From the NCBI GenBank assembly GCA_964484795.1, contig CAZAFN010000002.1, positions 8,352-72,351 of the forward strand: a stretch of DNA of 64,000 nt, given 5' to 3'. Positions 62,856 to 64,000 of the stretch are shown piece after piece. The DNA comes from an uncultured Alphaproteobacteria bacterium (GTDB lineage: Bacteria > Pseudomonadota > Alphaproteobacteria > Methylaequorales > Methylaequoraceae). The position numbers were made by a program, and so were the translations under genes. The notes beneath the pieces were generated by a model. The model was not told the DNA's origin, did no database searches, and worked only from the letters and a program-made list of their open reading frames with translations. The first letter of the stretch is position 1. Each line of letters opens with the position of its first letter.

Positions 62856-63785
62856 ATGAAAAAAACATTTAATCAGGAAATTAATTTAAAAATAACTTCT
62901 AAAAATCCTAACAAGAACGTTCTCTTCAATAAATCAGATGAATTCATCAATGAAATTATAAATGCTATAAACAAAAAACATCCAGATAGTTTTGAATTTG
63001 AAACCACCCAAAAGGTTGGGATAGATTTCTTCACCAAAAAGATGGAAAAGAATGAAAACTTTTCCTTTGTAAAATATGGTGATGGAGAATTACTTTGTAT
63101 GATCGGTCGTAAAGGAAAAAATAGTATAGATGACCACCCATATTCAGAAAAATTAGGAAAACTTCTTGAAGAATCATTTGTTAATTTATTCAGATTTCAC
63201 GATGATGTTTACTTAGCGGATTGGACTGACAATTTAACAAATACCAGAGATAGTTATATTTCCATCAATGGCTTAAACCCAAAATTTGCCGAATACGAAT
63301 GTTTTTTGACTCTCGAAGAAAACATAAAAAACAATAAACTGCTAAATTTTTATAAACTTCTTAAAAGGTCCAAAAGAAAAAAAATTTTTATTGGCCCAAA
63401 AAAACTTGCAAAAGTTCAAGAAATGCTAAATGTTGACAAATTCATAGACGTACCGATTGTTGATGCTTTCTCGGAATACGATAGAATCAAATCTCAACTA
63501 TTTGACTATGGAATAAATGACGATAACGTTTACATTTTATGTTGTTCCATGATGTCTTGCGTGATTTGCAGTGATTTAAAAGAAATGAATTCAAAAATCA
63601 CTTTACTTGATGTTGGGAGTGGTTTTGATCCTATATTTAGTCAAAAAACAAGACCAAAACAACCCACCAGCGCAAATTGTTTTAACTATTTCAGAGAAGT
63701 ACTCCCTGATGGATACGTCTTCAGTAAAACTAGCGATGCAGTGAACAGTATAAACAATAGGAAAATGCATGAAAAAAACATTTAA
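62856..63785 (+). CDS. GT-D (DUF1792)-like putative glycosyltransferase, copy 1; 3' end reads into the duplicated segment
   Basis: …FVKYGDGELLCMIG… resembles the N-terminal [RK]xGDGE motif of GT-D-fold glycosyltransferases. Begins 8 nt after the flgK stop. The last ~10 codons (…NNRKMHEKNI) are encoded by the repeated upstream/start region of copy 2. Confidence 0.35.
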   Translation: MKKTFNQEINLKITSKNPNKNVLFNKSDEFINEIINAINKKHPDSFEFETTQKVGIDFFTKKMEKNENFSFVKYGDGELLCMIGRKGKNSIDDHPYSEKLGKLLEESFVNLFRFHDDVYLADWTDNLTNTRDSYISINGLNPKFAEYECFLTLEENIKNNKLLNFYKLLKRSKRKKIFIGPKKLAKVQEMLNVDKFIDVPIVDAFSEYDRIKSQLFDYGINDDNVYILCCSMMSCVICSDLKEMNSKITLLDVGSGFDPIFSQKTRPKQPTSANCFNYFREVLPDGYVFSKTSDAVNSINNRKMHEKNI

Positions 63786-64000
63786 TCACGAAATTAATTT
63801 AAAAATAACTTCTAAAAATCCTAACAAGAACGTTCTCTTCAATAAATCAGATGAATTCATCAATGAAATTATAAATGCTATAAACAAAAAACATCCAGAT
63901 AGTTTTGAATTTGAAACCACCCAAAAGGTTGGGATAGATTTCTTCACCAAAAAGATGGAAAAGAATGAAAACTTTTCCTTTGTAAAATATGGTGATGGAG
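63769..64000 (+). CDS. GT-D (DUF1792)-like putative glycosyltransferase, copy 2 (3' end outside the window)
   Basis: All 232 nt visible are identical to 62856-63087 apart from one substitution (Q7H). Confidence 0.35.
   Translation, partial: MKKTFNHEINLKITSKNPNKNVLFNKSDEFINEIINAINKKHPDSFEFETTQKVGIDFFTKKMEKNENFSFVKYGDG

Larger units (their letters stand above)
62843..64000 (+). repeat. Tandem direct duplication (913-bp unit) spanning the gene downstream of flgK
   Basis: 63756-64000 repeats 62843-63087 with two mismatches in 245 nt, at a constant offset of 913 nt. The junction creates the altered C-terminus of copy 1. Confidence 0.7.

Overview
This is an AT-rich window (about 30% GC by eye) that is almost entirely coding, with many abutting or overlapping genes. 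Proteins are Lys/Asn/Ile-rich. Gene order follows conserved alphaproteobacterial housekeeping synteny: rplM-rpsI-argC; merR-ihfA-fabH-plsX-rpmF; thiL-nusB-ribH-ribBA-ribE-ribD-nrdR-glyA-rpiB; bioF-bioH-bioC-bioD-bioA divergent from metY-hemB; rpoZ-rsh-DUF2062-pdxJ-lepB-rnc-era-recO; folK-smpB-dapA. Two tRNAs (Glu-UUC, Pro-GGG) lie on the minus strand. Other features are a TonB-dependent receptor behind a cluster of Fur boxes, PPi-linked enzymes (PPi-type phosphofructokinase, H+-pyrophosphatase), and a serine-cycle module (serine-glyoxylate aminotransferase, hydroxypyruvate reductase, glycerate kinase). A small metal-homeostasis-like cluster follows: FTR1-like permease, ModBC-type ABC without a binding protein, Mop protein, BASS transporter, ferritin-like protein. 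The 3' 10 kb is the least ordinary part. A perfect sigma-54 promoter drives flgG-flgH-flgI, a rod-binding (FlgJ N-domain-like) gene and an 1802-aa giant FlgK with internal ~65-aa repeats. FlgK is followed immediately by a GT-D/DUF1792-like gene that sits in a near-identical tandem duplication of at least 913 bp running off the window end. No CRISPR arrays, transposases or phage genes were seen. All calls rest on motif recognition by eye; no database search was run.
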